DNA of 64,000 nucleotides from an uncultured Chlamydiae bacterium (GTDB taxonomy: Bacteria; Chlamydiota; Chlamydiia; Chlamydiales; SM23-39), in assembly GCA_963828125.1 (NCBI GenBank), contig CAWHDP010000001.1, positions 352,001 through 416,000 of the forward strand, in the 5' to 3' direction. How positions within the stretch are numbered: the stretch's first letter is position 1; every line of letters begins with the position of its first letter. The notes under the pieces were generated by a model. That model was not told the origin of the DNA. It did no database searches and saw only the letters and a list, made by a program, of their open reading frames with translations. The translations under genes were made by a program, and so were the position numbers. Below are positions 50,142 to 58,677 of the stretch, in pieces.

Positions 50142-50260
50142 CATTGGTTACGTTTGATGTGAATAACGCTGGTTGTGAGGACTCTAGGACGTTTCTGCAA
50201 GCTTACCTTTAACTCAAGGCCAAGCCGAAAACTCTTTTCTTACTGATTTGTTTTGTGCGC

Positions 50261-50605
50261 TCATTTATGGCTTCGTGGGCTTGCGGCGATTTGGATATTC
50301 CTTTCGCTTGGAAGAAGTTCGCCATTTTTTACGATGGGGCGAACATGTTCGTGTTCTTTCGCTTCAATCCACAAATCATAATTCGTTTGTAAGTTAATCC
50401 ACAGCTGGGGCGTAGTGTCAAAAGCTTCTGCTAATGAAAGCGCAATAGCAGGAGTTACGCTTGCTAATCCGGTCCGAATCTTAAACAAAGTGTTGCGCGC
50501 GATCCCAAGTCTATCTGCAAGTTTTTGCAAATTTAAATTAAGAGGTTTGATATACAGATCATCAAGGATTTCTCCGGGATGCGAAGGTTTTCTTTTTCTA
50601 ATCAT
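50261..50605 (-). CDS. higA: HigA-family antitoxin (XRE HTH)
   Basis: PSHPGEIL, LADRLGIAR, TTPQLWINLQ.NYDL. Confidence 0.92.
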   Translation of the reverse strand: MIRKRKPSHPGEILDDLYIKPLNLNLQKLADRLGIARNTLFKIRTGLASVTPAIALSLAEAFDTTPQLWINLQTNYDLWIEAKEHEHVRPIVKNGELLPSERNIQIAASPRSHK

Positions 50606-50615
50606 AAATCCTCGT

Positions 50616-51200
50616 TCTCAGGTTGACTACCCGGCGCACCGCACTCTCGATAGCACCACTCCCTATCGGCATCTTGAGAGCAGCGACCGCCTTATAAGCT
50701 AGCCGTTCTCGGTTGTTGACGAAGTACATCAGTTCTCGTTGAAGAAGTTTGCTTTTCGCCCCCTTCGCTGCCAACTGTAAATTTTCTATCACTTGCTTGG
50801 TATCTCCATCCTTGAGAAACCCTTTTTGCCGTGATACCCATTGTTTGCGCTTCTTGTTAGACCACTGATGTTTCAGCTCGGCGAATGCGTGCAGGTGTTG
50901 TGCCACATGATAAAAATCAATTAGCTCGAGGATCTTACAGTGAACTCCGCCCAAGGGGAGCATTTTCCGAGCCAGCTGGATCGAGTCCCATATCCAGTGG
51001 GCGCCATCAGCGACGAATAGGATCTGATTTACCGAGCTGAGATTTAGCGATCGGAGGTAAATGTGCATGAGGGCGAATAGTGCGTCGGTTCCTTTCAAGG
51101 TACCATCTATCAATGGCAGGATCTTGCTGTCGACTCTTCCTCCAGAGAATCGGATCCAAACGAGAACACGTCCCTTATTGACAAGCAACTTACGAACCCG
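50616..51200 (-). mobile_element. ISKra4-like transposase internal fragment
   Basis: ADGAHWIW, IDFYH, PIGSGAIESAVRRVVNLR. Confidence 0.82.
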
Positions 51201-51204
51201 GTGA

Positions 51205-51390
51205 GCAAGTACGTCGAGGGAAGTGGTGAATCATTGACCCATTGGCTGGGTGTGGTCAAATCCAAGCCTTACGTTTACGACAAGCATCTAGCCCCGCATG
51301 ATGTACTCGCTCACGAATACACCAGTGGCATGACCCGTCAGGCATCGGCCCGAAAGATGGGGATCAACCTCATCGATGAGTGTCGGACGT
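51205..51390 (+). pseudogene. Second, unrelated phage terminase large subunit fragment
   Basis: EGSGESLTHW...KPYVY..HLAPHD...SG.TR pattern of terminase nuclease domains. Confidence 0.6.
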
Positions 51391-51425
51391 AGTTTTTTTC
51401 TGAACAATCATACAATGCAGTGCTT

Positions 51426-52280
51426 TTATGATCTGGGTAGCTTCCCAGAACTTACGATCAATTTTTTCTCCTCGGATTTTACTCGGCGTTCGAGTTTTTT
51501 TAAGTCTTCTTCAGGAGGAAGATTTTCTGGTTTGATCCCTCGTTGTCCCAGCATAGCGCGGACACTTTGATTGTTTTGAATGTGCTCATCCGTTATGACT
51601 ATTTCTCCCTGTAAATCATCCTGAGACACGTTGTGATTGGTCATCTCTGTCGCCAGATTCTTTGCAGCAATGGTCAGGGTGGGCAAAAAATCTGCGAGCG
51701 GGCGACTTTCAGTGATTCCATATTTGGTTTTCATGGTCTGCGTACAGTGGCCTCCGAACAAGGCTTGATCGCCTTTGGAGCGGATGCGTCCGAAGCCGGG
51801 TTCATCTACACCTCGTTCGTAAATATTTTGGGAAAGGGTCTTTTCAGACTCTCTCAATCTTTCTCTGGCTTCTAACCTCGCCTGTAAGAGCATACGGTTT
51901 TCGATTAGTTCCTGCTTGCGTGTTTGAATGGCAAAGTAGCTCTGGGCAAAGGCAATGGGTTCTTTTCGGGGGTCACCGTTTTGGGCAATCAGATAGCAGG
52001 CATAGCGGGTCAGCATAAAGTCTTCAATGGATCGCTCAGCACCGCTTCCCAAACGGACCATTTTCCTGACGCCACGAAAATGGTCATTAGGATCACATCC
52101 TGTTGTTTTACAAGACTCTACAGCGCGCATAATCGTGGTCAGAAAGTTTTCCCACTTCGCGTATCCGAGTGGCTCTTGTAAGTCCCGAGCAAACCAAAAT
52201 TCAATTCCTTCTTCAGGTGTGATCTGAGCAAGGCTGTCAAAGTGACTTTGCAGCTTCTTAATGATATCGCTATTAGACAT
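51426..52280 (-). CDS. dinD: DNA damage-inducible protein D
   Basis: EFWFARDLQ..LGY..WENF, LTRYACYLIAQNGDPRK, AQSYFAIQTR.QE, GD.ALFGG. Confidence 0.95.
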   Translation of the reverse strand: MSNSDIIKKLQSHFDSLAQITPEEGIEFWFARDLQEPLGYAKWENFLTTIMRAVESCKTTGCDPNDHFRGVRKMVRLGSGAERSIEDFMLTRYACYLIAQNGDPRKEPIAFAQSYFAIQTRKQELIENRMLLQARLEARERLRESEKTLSQNIYERGVDEPGFGRIRSKGDQALFGGHCTQTMKTKYGITESRPLADFLPTLTIAAKNLATEMTNHNVSQDDLQGEIVITDEHIQNNQSVRAMLGQRGIKPENLPPEEDLKKLERRVKSEEKKLIVSSGKLPRS

Positions 52281-52714
52281 GAGCGCCTCTTGAAGAGAAT
52301 TTTTTTGAGGAAATCATAACTGAAGACAATAGCGGATTCCAGTCAAAAGGTCTGAATGGGTTCATGCATCTTCGGGAGTCGATGCATTGACCCTCTTAGC
52401 GAACAATTAGGTCATGGAAACGAGGATGATGCGGATAGGGGCGCAAATAGGTGCCATACTGTCCGTGAACCACAACTGCAAAAAGTTTATGAGCTTCTGC
52501 TGTGCAATGGCTTGTGCGCGGGTGAGCCATTTCTGTACACAATCCGCAGTTTGTACTAGAAATTCTGTGGCTTTGTGTTTTAAGAATTTCACTCCAACAA
52601 CTTTATCTGGCATAGATTCAAATTTTTCATCGCCTGGATACCAGCCTTCACAGCGTTGGATAGCGTTGAGCAATTTCTCGTATTCTTCTCCTGTGAATGA
52701 ACGGATTTTACGCT

Positions 52715-53014
52715 CACGTGTCTTTCGATCTTCGTGTGTTGTGCCAGAGTGAGAAGAATACGGGATTCTTGTTTTCCCGCTTTCACCTTCGAGTAGAAGC
52801 ACCACTTTCTGAGTCCCAAGGTAGTGTAATACCTTTTCCGGATCCAGGATGCCCCCCTGTTCTGATGTCGCCTTTTGGCCCACTTCCAAACTATCCAGAA
52901 TATGCTATTGTCTAAGTAGTTAAACATCGCTTTTGCTACGCAGTGACGTAATAATTGACCCACCCCTGAATTTTCACATTCAGGTATTTGATCAGGTTTT
53001 CCGTTTGGACCGCG
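52715..53014 (-). pseudogene. Group II intron maturase (domain X) fragment, frameshifted
   Basis: LIKYLNVKIQGWVNYY / RHCVAK.MF..LD..I...WKWAKRRH.N...WI..RY. Confidence 0.8.
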
Positions 53015-53285
53015 CGCATAAGGAGTGGTCTCATGATAGAGACAATTCCCTCCAGCGACCTCGTGTCGCACGTTCTGAATCCGTCCAGCCGCCCCCATTC
53101 TTTCGGACGATTCTTAAAATCCATCATCGTTAAGAACGGTTCTCTCACTGAAAATGAGAGACTTCCGTCTTTCAATTGCAAGTTCTGAAATACTAAATCT
53201 AAAAGTTGACGTTTTTCGTCCACTTCAGAACTTTTAAAGATTTCCCTAGCTCTTGTGGCCAGGTTCATAACCATATTGGCACGCA
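53015..53285 (-). pseudogene. Large serine recombinase C-terminal fragment
   Basis: LATRAREIFKSSEVDEKRQLLDLVFQNLQL....L.F..REPF. Confidence 0.65.
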
Positions 53286-53359
53286 CATATCTCCTGCCTT
53301 TTAATCCGATCAAGACTTTCTTTTGCCAGAAAAATCTAATAGATATACCATGATCCACT

Positions 53360-53839
53360 ATGAAGCCCATTATTTTCATTTTAGGAGTTTTCACCTTTAT
53401 GTGTTCTTCCTTAACTGCTAGCCCAAACACGTCTGAAAAAAAGCCACGAATTGGGGTAGCATGTGTTGTTCAAAAAGACGGGAAAGTTCTCCTTGGGCAA
53501 AGAAAAGGAGCTCATGGTGTGGGATCGTGGGCTACCCCTGGGGGGCATCTAGAATTTGGGGAAAGCGTTGAAGCTTGTGCAACACGAGAATTATTAGAAG
53601 AAACAGGCTTAAAGCCGCTTTCTTTACGTTTAGGTCCATGGGTAGAAAATGTTATGGAAAATGGTCAAAAACATTACATCACTATATTTGTTTTTATAGA
53701 CGATTTTGTAGGTGATCCAGCTTTGCTTGAACCTGATAAATGTGAAGCATGGGAATGGTTTACTTGGGATAATCTCCCTCAACCACTATTCCCTACAATC
53801 TCCTCAGTCATTACCAAGGAACCCAACTTATTTTTTTGA
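53360..53839 (+). CDS. NUDIX hydrolase (NUDT15/MutT-like) with signal-peptide-like leader
   Basis: PGGHLEFGESVEACATRELLEETG Nudix box; EPDKCEAWEWF. Confidence 0.93.
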   Translation: MKPIIFILGVFTFMCSSLTASPNTSEKKPRIGVACVVQKDGKVLLGQRKGAHGVGSWATPGGHLEFGESVEACATRELLEETGLKPLSLRLGPWVENVMENGQKHYITIFVFIDDFVGDPALLEPDKCEAWEWFTWDNLPQPLFPTISSVITKEPNLFF

Positions 53840-53936
53840 CACCCCCCTTCCTAAAGGTGGTTACGAATACTTAGATGGGAAGGGAAATCCAGTTCCGAAA
53901 GGCCACGATAAAGCTCATATTTATACAGGTGAATGA
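53840..53936 (+). pseudogene. Orphan polymorphic-toxin C-terminal tip
   Basis: YLDGKGNPVPKGHDKAHI ending in ATGA overlap with next gene; no own start. Confidence 0.5.
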
Positions 53937-54346
53937 TTTTTAGAGGAAGAATGGATATAGGACGTTATACTTCGTATTTTCATGATGGAGAAATTTTAGA
54001 TATTACACACACAAATAACAACATTGAGATGGTTTTGAAAAGTGCTGAAGTTGATGTAACTTCTGTGACAGATATTATATTGTCTGCGGATAATAGAATA
54101 AAAGGAAAGTTACATATTGTCGGGGCGGACTTTATATTAAATAATGTGGTTAAATGTAATGGAAAAATGAAACTAATATTTCCTGATAACGATTTATTGC
54201 ATCTAAAAATTCATAAAAATGTTGTGTTTTGTGAAGTTGGCTGGAGAGGCGGAAGCTTAGGGCAAAATGATTTTTCTGATTTAGAAATTCACGCAACGAG
54301 CATATGGTGGGAGAATATTCCTGATCTACCTGATCCGTTTGCTTGA
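53933..54346 (+). CDS. Putative immunity protein
   Basis: Low GC, FHDG motif, coupled to the toxin tip. Confidence 0.6.
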   Translation: MIFRGRMDIGRYTSYFHDGEILDITHTNNNIEMVLKSAEVDVTSVTDIILSADNRIKGKLHIVGADFILNNVVKCNGKMKLIFPDNDLLHLKIHKNVVFCEVGWRGGSLGQNDFSDLEIHATSIWWENIPDLPDPFA

Positions 54347-54367
54347 GCAAATGTGCCGAAAATTATA

Positions 54368-54567
54368 GGGCGCATTCCCATTTTCTGGGTAGCCGCCTAA
54401 AAAGCTACGCTGCATAGGACAAACCTCCCTCATAAGCCATCTTTTTTAACAGATTCCAATGCCCGCTCTTGTAATAAGCCCGTAGAAGCAGCATTTCCTC
54501 TGCAGTATCCTCTTTCCCAAAGATGCACGGACTTTTCAACCTCAGGTTGACCACCCGGCGCACCGCA
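54368..54567 (-). mobile_element. ISKra4-like transposase C-terminus and right terminal repeat
   Basis: RRVVNLRLKSPCIF...AEEMLLLRAYYKSGHW, then 29-bp repeat 54368-54396. Confidence 0.8.
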
Positions 54568-54807
54568 AAAAACTACGGACCTCCAATGGGATCGAGCGGG
54601 TGAACAAGGAGATTAAGCGGCGTACGAGAGTGGCTGTGTTGTTTCCGAATCCTGCATCAGCACTCCGGTTAGTGACCGGTGTGATAATCGAAATCCACGA
54701 AGAGTGGATAACGGGAAAGCAATATTTGGATATGAGTCCATTGCTAAACCAGAATTTGAAAAACGAATAAATTGGGGGAGAAAAGAAGAAGGAGATTGGA
54801 ATTTACA
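54568..54807 (+). mobile_element. IS256-family transposase C-terminal fragment and start of right end
   Basis: LRTSNGIERVNKEIKRRTRV..LFPN..SALRL; end motif gaatttaca resumes at ~55666. Confidence 0.85.
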
Positions 54808-55665
54808 GTGCGCCGCAGGCGCACGAAGGGGTTCTATGAACTAAACTTTGTGCATCACAGCTTTATAGGAGATGAAGGAAGACCCTTCGGAATCGACTTC
54901 CAAGAGTAGGTCCCAAATCACTCGAAGCTGCTGCGGTAAAGAGCCGTGGTGGTGAGCGTTCGAGTTGAGTGCTGAGAGATACTCAGGCGGATAAGGATCA
55001 GAAAGACGAATGAACCTGAACCTCTGTCGACCACCTCAGAACGGAACGAGAAGCACAAGAAATGCTTCTCGCGCTCAAAAAGCGTTTTGAGGAATGTGGT
55101 TTGGAACTGCATCCTGTAAAGACAAGAATCGTATACTGCAAAGATGAGAAAAGGAACGGTGAATATCCCTATAAGTCGTTTGATTTTCTGGGATTCACTT
55201 TTCAGCCAAGGCTGTGCAAGAATCGTACAACCAATGAAATGTTTGTAAATTTCACGCCAGCCGTGAGCAAAACATCTCTGAAGGCAATGCGAGCCAAGAC
55301 GAGACGAGACAATGTGCGCAATAGAGTAGATCTCAATCTGGAAGAAATAGCAAAATGGTATAATCCAATCTTACAAGGCTGGCTTAATTACTATGGAAGC
55401 TATTGTCGCTCAGCGTTGTATCCACTCTGGCGACACTTTAACATGACGCTAGCAGCCTGGGTAAGGATGAAATACAAGACGTTCTGGAAAAAGAAGACCA
55501 AAGCCGTAATCTTTGTAGAAAAGATAGCACGACAGAGGCCAGGACTATTTGCACACTGGAGAACTGGAATGCGTGGAGCGTTTGCTTAATGGAAGCGGAG
55601 TGGCTGAGAGGTTCACGCTCCGTTTTGCGAGGGGCCAGAGGGGAAGTTCCTCTGGTCTACTCACC
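54808..55665 (+). mobile_element. Internally deleted group II intron (both ends retained)
   Basis: 5' GTGCG at 54808; domain V-like hairpin ~55591-55630; domain VI ccagagg/cctctgg ending ctactcac(c); 3' end +/-1 nt. Confidence 0.85.
55030..55589 (+). pseudogene. Group II intron RT/maturase C-terminal half (region up to YADD deleted)
   Basis: GLELHPVKTRIVYCKD, FDFLGFTF, NPILQGWLNYYG, LFAHW. Confidence 0.88.
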
Positions 55666-55709
55666 GAAAATGTGTTGCTTTACCCTTGGAATTGCGTCAT
55701 TTATAAAAA

Positions 55710-55759
55710 TGGGGCAACCTGGACTTGATACCTAAGGCCCGACGGGTTATGAGTCCGTT
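55710..55759 (-). pseudogene. Degenerate 3' half of a tRNA with CAT anticodon (possible att site)
   Basis: Minus strand acgga-CTCATAA-cccgt...ggtatcaagtcc...ggttgcccca; anticodon loop, damaged T-arm, CCA. Confidence 0.6.
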
Positions 55760-55994
55760 AACCCTTGTAACTCTGAATAAAAGAGATTAAACCAGAACAG
55801 CATTTTCATAGGCAAGGGGATTGAGCATTTGTTCTGATTGATGCTGGACCCCCTCCAGTTCGTTCAGGTCACTTGCGGAAAAAATGCGGAAATTCTGAGT
55901 GGGATCATCATTAGCGGAAGTCGTAAGAGCATTGAGAAATATTTTCAGTCAGTTTATCCTGGGTCTCTAAAAAGCTCTTACGCGGCAGTTCCCA

Positions 55995-56280
55995 ATGGAA
56001 AATTCAGATAACAAGCAAGTCACGAACACTAATCTCTCTTTTGAGGCCCTGAAAAAAACTCAACCAACATGGGATAGAATACTGGAGTGCAAGAGATTTG
56101 CAAGCTTGCCTTGGCTATTCTCAATGGCGCTATTTTGAGAACGCCCTGAAAAAGGCGGTTATTTCCTGTAAAAAATCGGGCAATGATCCTCAAAACCATT
56201 TTGCGGGCGTGCGCAAAATGGTCAGTATTGGAAGCCAAACAGAAAGAGAAGTTGAGGACTGGCACCTCTCCCGCTTTGCT
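55995..56280 (+). pseudogene. DinD N-terminal fragment, frameshifted in an A7 run
   Basis: EYWSARDLQACLGYSQWRYF...HFAGVRKMVSIGS...HLSRFA, paralogous to 51426-52280. Confidence 0.8.
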
Positions 56281-56529
56281 CCTTTTCAAACCGTTAGGAA
56301 TGAAGCCACGGTAATCAACAATAGAACTTACGTGGGACATGCTCTTGATAGGATGCAAGATCGAGGATTTATGCCATCTGTTATTGAAAATGCGATAGAA
56401 ACTGGGAAAGTATCTCCGACGATAGTCCCTGGACGAGTCGAATACTATGACCCGGTAAATAATTTAAGGGTTATTGTACAAGACAACGAAAGAATAATAT
56501 CTGTTATTCCAAAAAGGAGTAAACCATGA
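56281..56529 (+). pseudogene. Orphan toxin tip (DUF4258/BECR-like RNase), fused in frame to the DinD fragment
   Basis: RN....INNRTYVGHALDRMQDRGFMPSVIENAI.TG...YYDPVNNLRVI. Confidence 0.7.
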
Positions 56530-56840
56530 ACAAAATCAGCGAATATGATGAACGACAACTAAATTTGATGCTGAATCAATTAGATGCTTTTGAGAATAAA
56601 AAGTTAGATCTTAGCTCTTTGGTTGGAAGATTAGAAGGCTTACTACATGCTATGGAACATGTGACTGATGAATGGGAAGAAAAGTTTCTCGATGAATTTT
56701 CAACGTTGGAGTCCATTAATGCAGAAGCACCAAAATTGAAAGAAGAAGAAATAGAAAAATTGATCAAAAGCAGTGTTTGCAATTTAAAAAAATTAGTTAA
56801 AGGACAACTAAACGATTTAACAGAGCATGAAAACAACTAA
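56526..56840 (+). CDS. Putative immunity protein
   Basis: ATGA overlap with toxin tip; acidic helical protein, low GC. Confidence 0.65.
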   Translation: MNKISEYDERQLNLMLNQLDAFENKKLDLSSLVGRLEGLLHAMEHVTDEWEEKFLDEFSTLESINAEAPKLKEEEIEKLIKSSVCNLKKLVKGQLNDLTEHENN

Positions 56841-56905
56841 AAATCTATGCTTCTGGACTTATTTACCTTTAATTCATAATTATTCAACAAACTTGAAATA
56901 TTTTT

Positions 56906-57175
56906 ATGGTCAATAAAATCAATAAGCTAGCTTGTAGAGTATGTGGAAAAATTCAGGATGATCCTCCATGGGGAGAAGATGGACAATCCCCAACATATGA
57001 TATATGCGATTGTTGTGGAACTGAATTTGGATATGGGGACGGCACATTAAAGGCTATTCAAGCTTCGAGAGAGCGTTGGTTAGCCAAAGATGCTGATTGG
57101 AGATGTCCGGAAGAAAAACCAAAGAATTGGTCATTGGAAGAGCAGATGAAAAATATTCCTCAAGAGTACAGGTAA
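56906..57175 (+). CDS. Cys-rich CPCC-like protein (putative immunity)
   Basis: CRVCG...PWGEDG..PTYDICDCCGTEFGY. Confidence 0.75.
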   Translation: MVNKINKLACRVCGKIQDDPPWGEDGQSPTYDICDCCGTEFGYGDGTLKAIQASRERWLAKDADWRCPEEKPKNWSLEEQMKNIPQEYR

Positions 57176-57197
57176 GTTTTCTAGAGAGGAACTAAAA

Positions 57198-57423
57198 ATG
57201 GAAAACAATGAAAAATATTGCCCTTGTCCATGCTGTGGTTTTTTGACTAGATCTGAACCAGATCATGGCACATTTGAAATTTGTCCTGTGTGTAATTGGG
57301 AGGATGATGATGTGCAATTTAACAACCCAGACTTTCGCGGTGGGGCTAACCAAGAAAGCCTTAATGAAGCCAAAGAAAATTATAAAAAATTCGGGGTTTC
57401 AGCTCAAAAATATATAAAAGCGG
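57198..57423 (+). CDS. CPCC family cysteine-rich protein, C-terminus cut by an IS
   Basis: CPCCGFLT, FEICPVCNWEDD, GGANQESLNEA; GAGGA RBS. Confidence 0.85.
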
Positions 57424-57986
57424 CAGCAGTTCCCGCCAGCGTCTCTGTGTTCTTTTTTGCAACATTGTTCACAGCACACTTTACTGGAAGAAAATTCACC
57501 GGTGCCATCTACAGACAAAAGATAGCGACCATCAAAAAACTCAAATTCCTCCAGGCATTTCCCTCTTTGTAGTTCAGCGAATATCTTCTTGAACGCGGGT
57601 CGGATAAACCTTGGATCGAGTTCATCCAAGCGTTCTCTTAGATATGTATCTGAAGGTGGACGATTAATGTGGTAGAGAGTCTGGAGATTCCCATCAAGGA
57701 CCTCGCGGTGTTGGTCGTATTTAAGAAGAGATGGGAATTTGAGTCCAAAAACAGCAAGACCGGACATGAGTACATCAGTGAACAAAATGGGTGCGGTTTT
57801 TGGCAACTTTCTGGGATCTGGAATTTTTTGGAACTGGTGATAGACAGATGCAACCAATGCGTCTGCACAAAGAGATTTTCTTACGGGAATGCTCATAACA
57901 AGGACCTTCAAACAAAAATGGAGGCCCGAAAGTTTACGAAAGAAATAGTTTATTTACACGAGAAAAAGTGCTGGCGGGAACTGCTG
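57424..57986 (-). mobile_element. Internally deleted DDE-type IS (ISNCY/IS4-like) with perfect 17-bp terminal repeats
   Basis: cagcagttcccgccagc (57424-57440) / gctggcgggaactgctg (57970-57986); IPDPR, DVLMSGLA, PSDTYLRE, VDGTG. Confidence 0.82.
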
Positions 57987-58047
57987 AGGCATGCCGAGAT
58001 TTGGGCTTTCCATAGAAAAACGAAGTATATTTTTTTGTTTGGATTCA

Positions 58048-58677
58048 TTACCGCTTCTGATTTAGGTAAGGTGTTATTCCTGCGATTTTTAGAGCTTCCT
58101 CGTATGTCTCTTCCAAAAGAGGAATCAAGGTCTCTTTGAGTTCTCCGGGTTGGACTTCCGTTGTCCACTCATTGTTTTTATTAATGCGGGTGAGTGGAAT
58201 TGGGGCTGACATTTTCATTTCGGCGGCTTTATAAAAGATTTTATTTCTTGCTAAAAAGACAAGTGCAACGGACCCGTCAAAAGGACGGTCATCAGTTTTT
58301 GTTCTGAATGAAATAGAAACTCCCACTCTGCCTTGATGAAACGGATACTCTCTTAGATAGGGTCTGATTTTTTCATGACTATTAATTCGTCGAATTAAAT
58401 CTTGGACAGCATTTATTTCAATTTTTCTAGCTTCATCTACTGTCATATGGCTATAAGAAATAAACATTGCTTCAATTTCTTCAACATCTGTAGGCATACT
58501 TCCTCCACTCCCGTAGCAATGAAGTCCATATTTTGTTTTCATATCTTTGGCAAAATCTTCGATGATTTCATCAACATATTTTAAATAATCACAGGATTTG
58601 GATTCTTTATAGTATACAGGTGGTGCTGTTAATAATGTTGTGATTAAAAAAATAATCAACCTAACGTATTTGATCAT
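58048..58677 (-). CDS. Putative exported immunity protein for the second Rhs lipase toxin
   Basis: Hydrophobic leader; GSGGSMPTD, INSHEKIRPYLREYPF homologous to 47734-48264; overlaps toxin stop. Confidence 0.8.
   Translation of the reverse strand: MIKYVRLIIFLITTLLTAPPVYYKESKSCDYLKYVDEIIEDFAKDMKTKYGLHCYGSGGSMPTDVEEIEAMFISYSHMTVDEARKIEINAVQDLIRRINSHEKIRPYLREYPFHQGRVGVSISFRTKTDDRPFDGSVALVFLARNKIFYKAAEMKMSAPIPLTRINKNNEWTTEVQPGELKETLIPLLEETYEEALKIAGITPYLNQKR

Noticed and set aside
52407..53430. Track ORFs 52407-52889, 52589-53098 and 52936-53430 as real genes or novel fusions
   Set aside because: Chimeric frames across maturase, recombinase and other fragments; the piece at ~52410-52715 could not be assigned
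52715..55589. Retron or diversity-generating retroelement
   Set aside because: RT pieces have group II intron maturase motifs and intron ends; no template/variable repeat pair or retron motif seen
56098..56529. A functional DinD-toxin fusion protein
   Set aside because: The dinD part is frameshifted from its ATG at 55995; more likely a deletion junction
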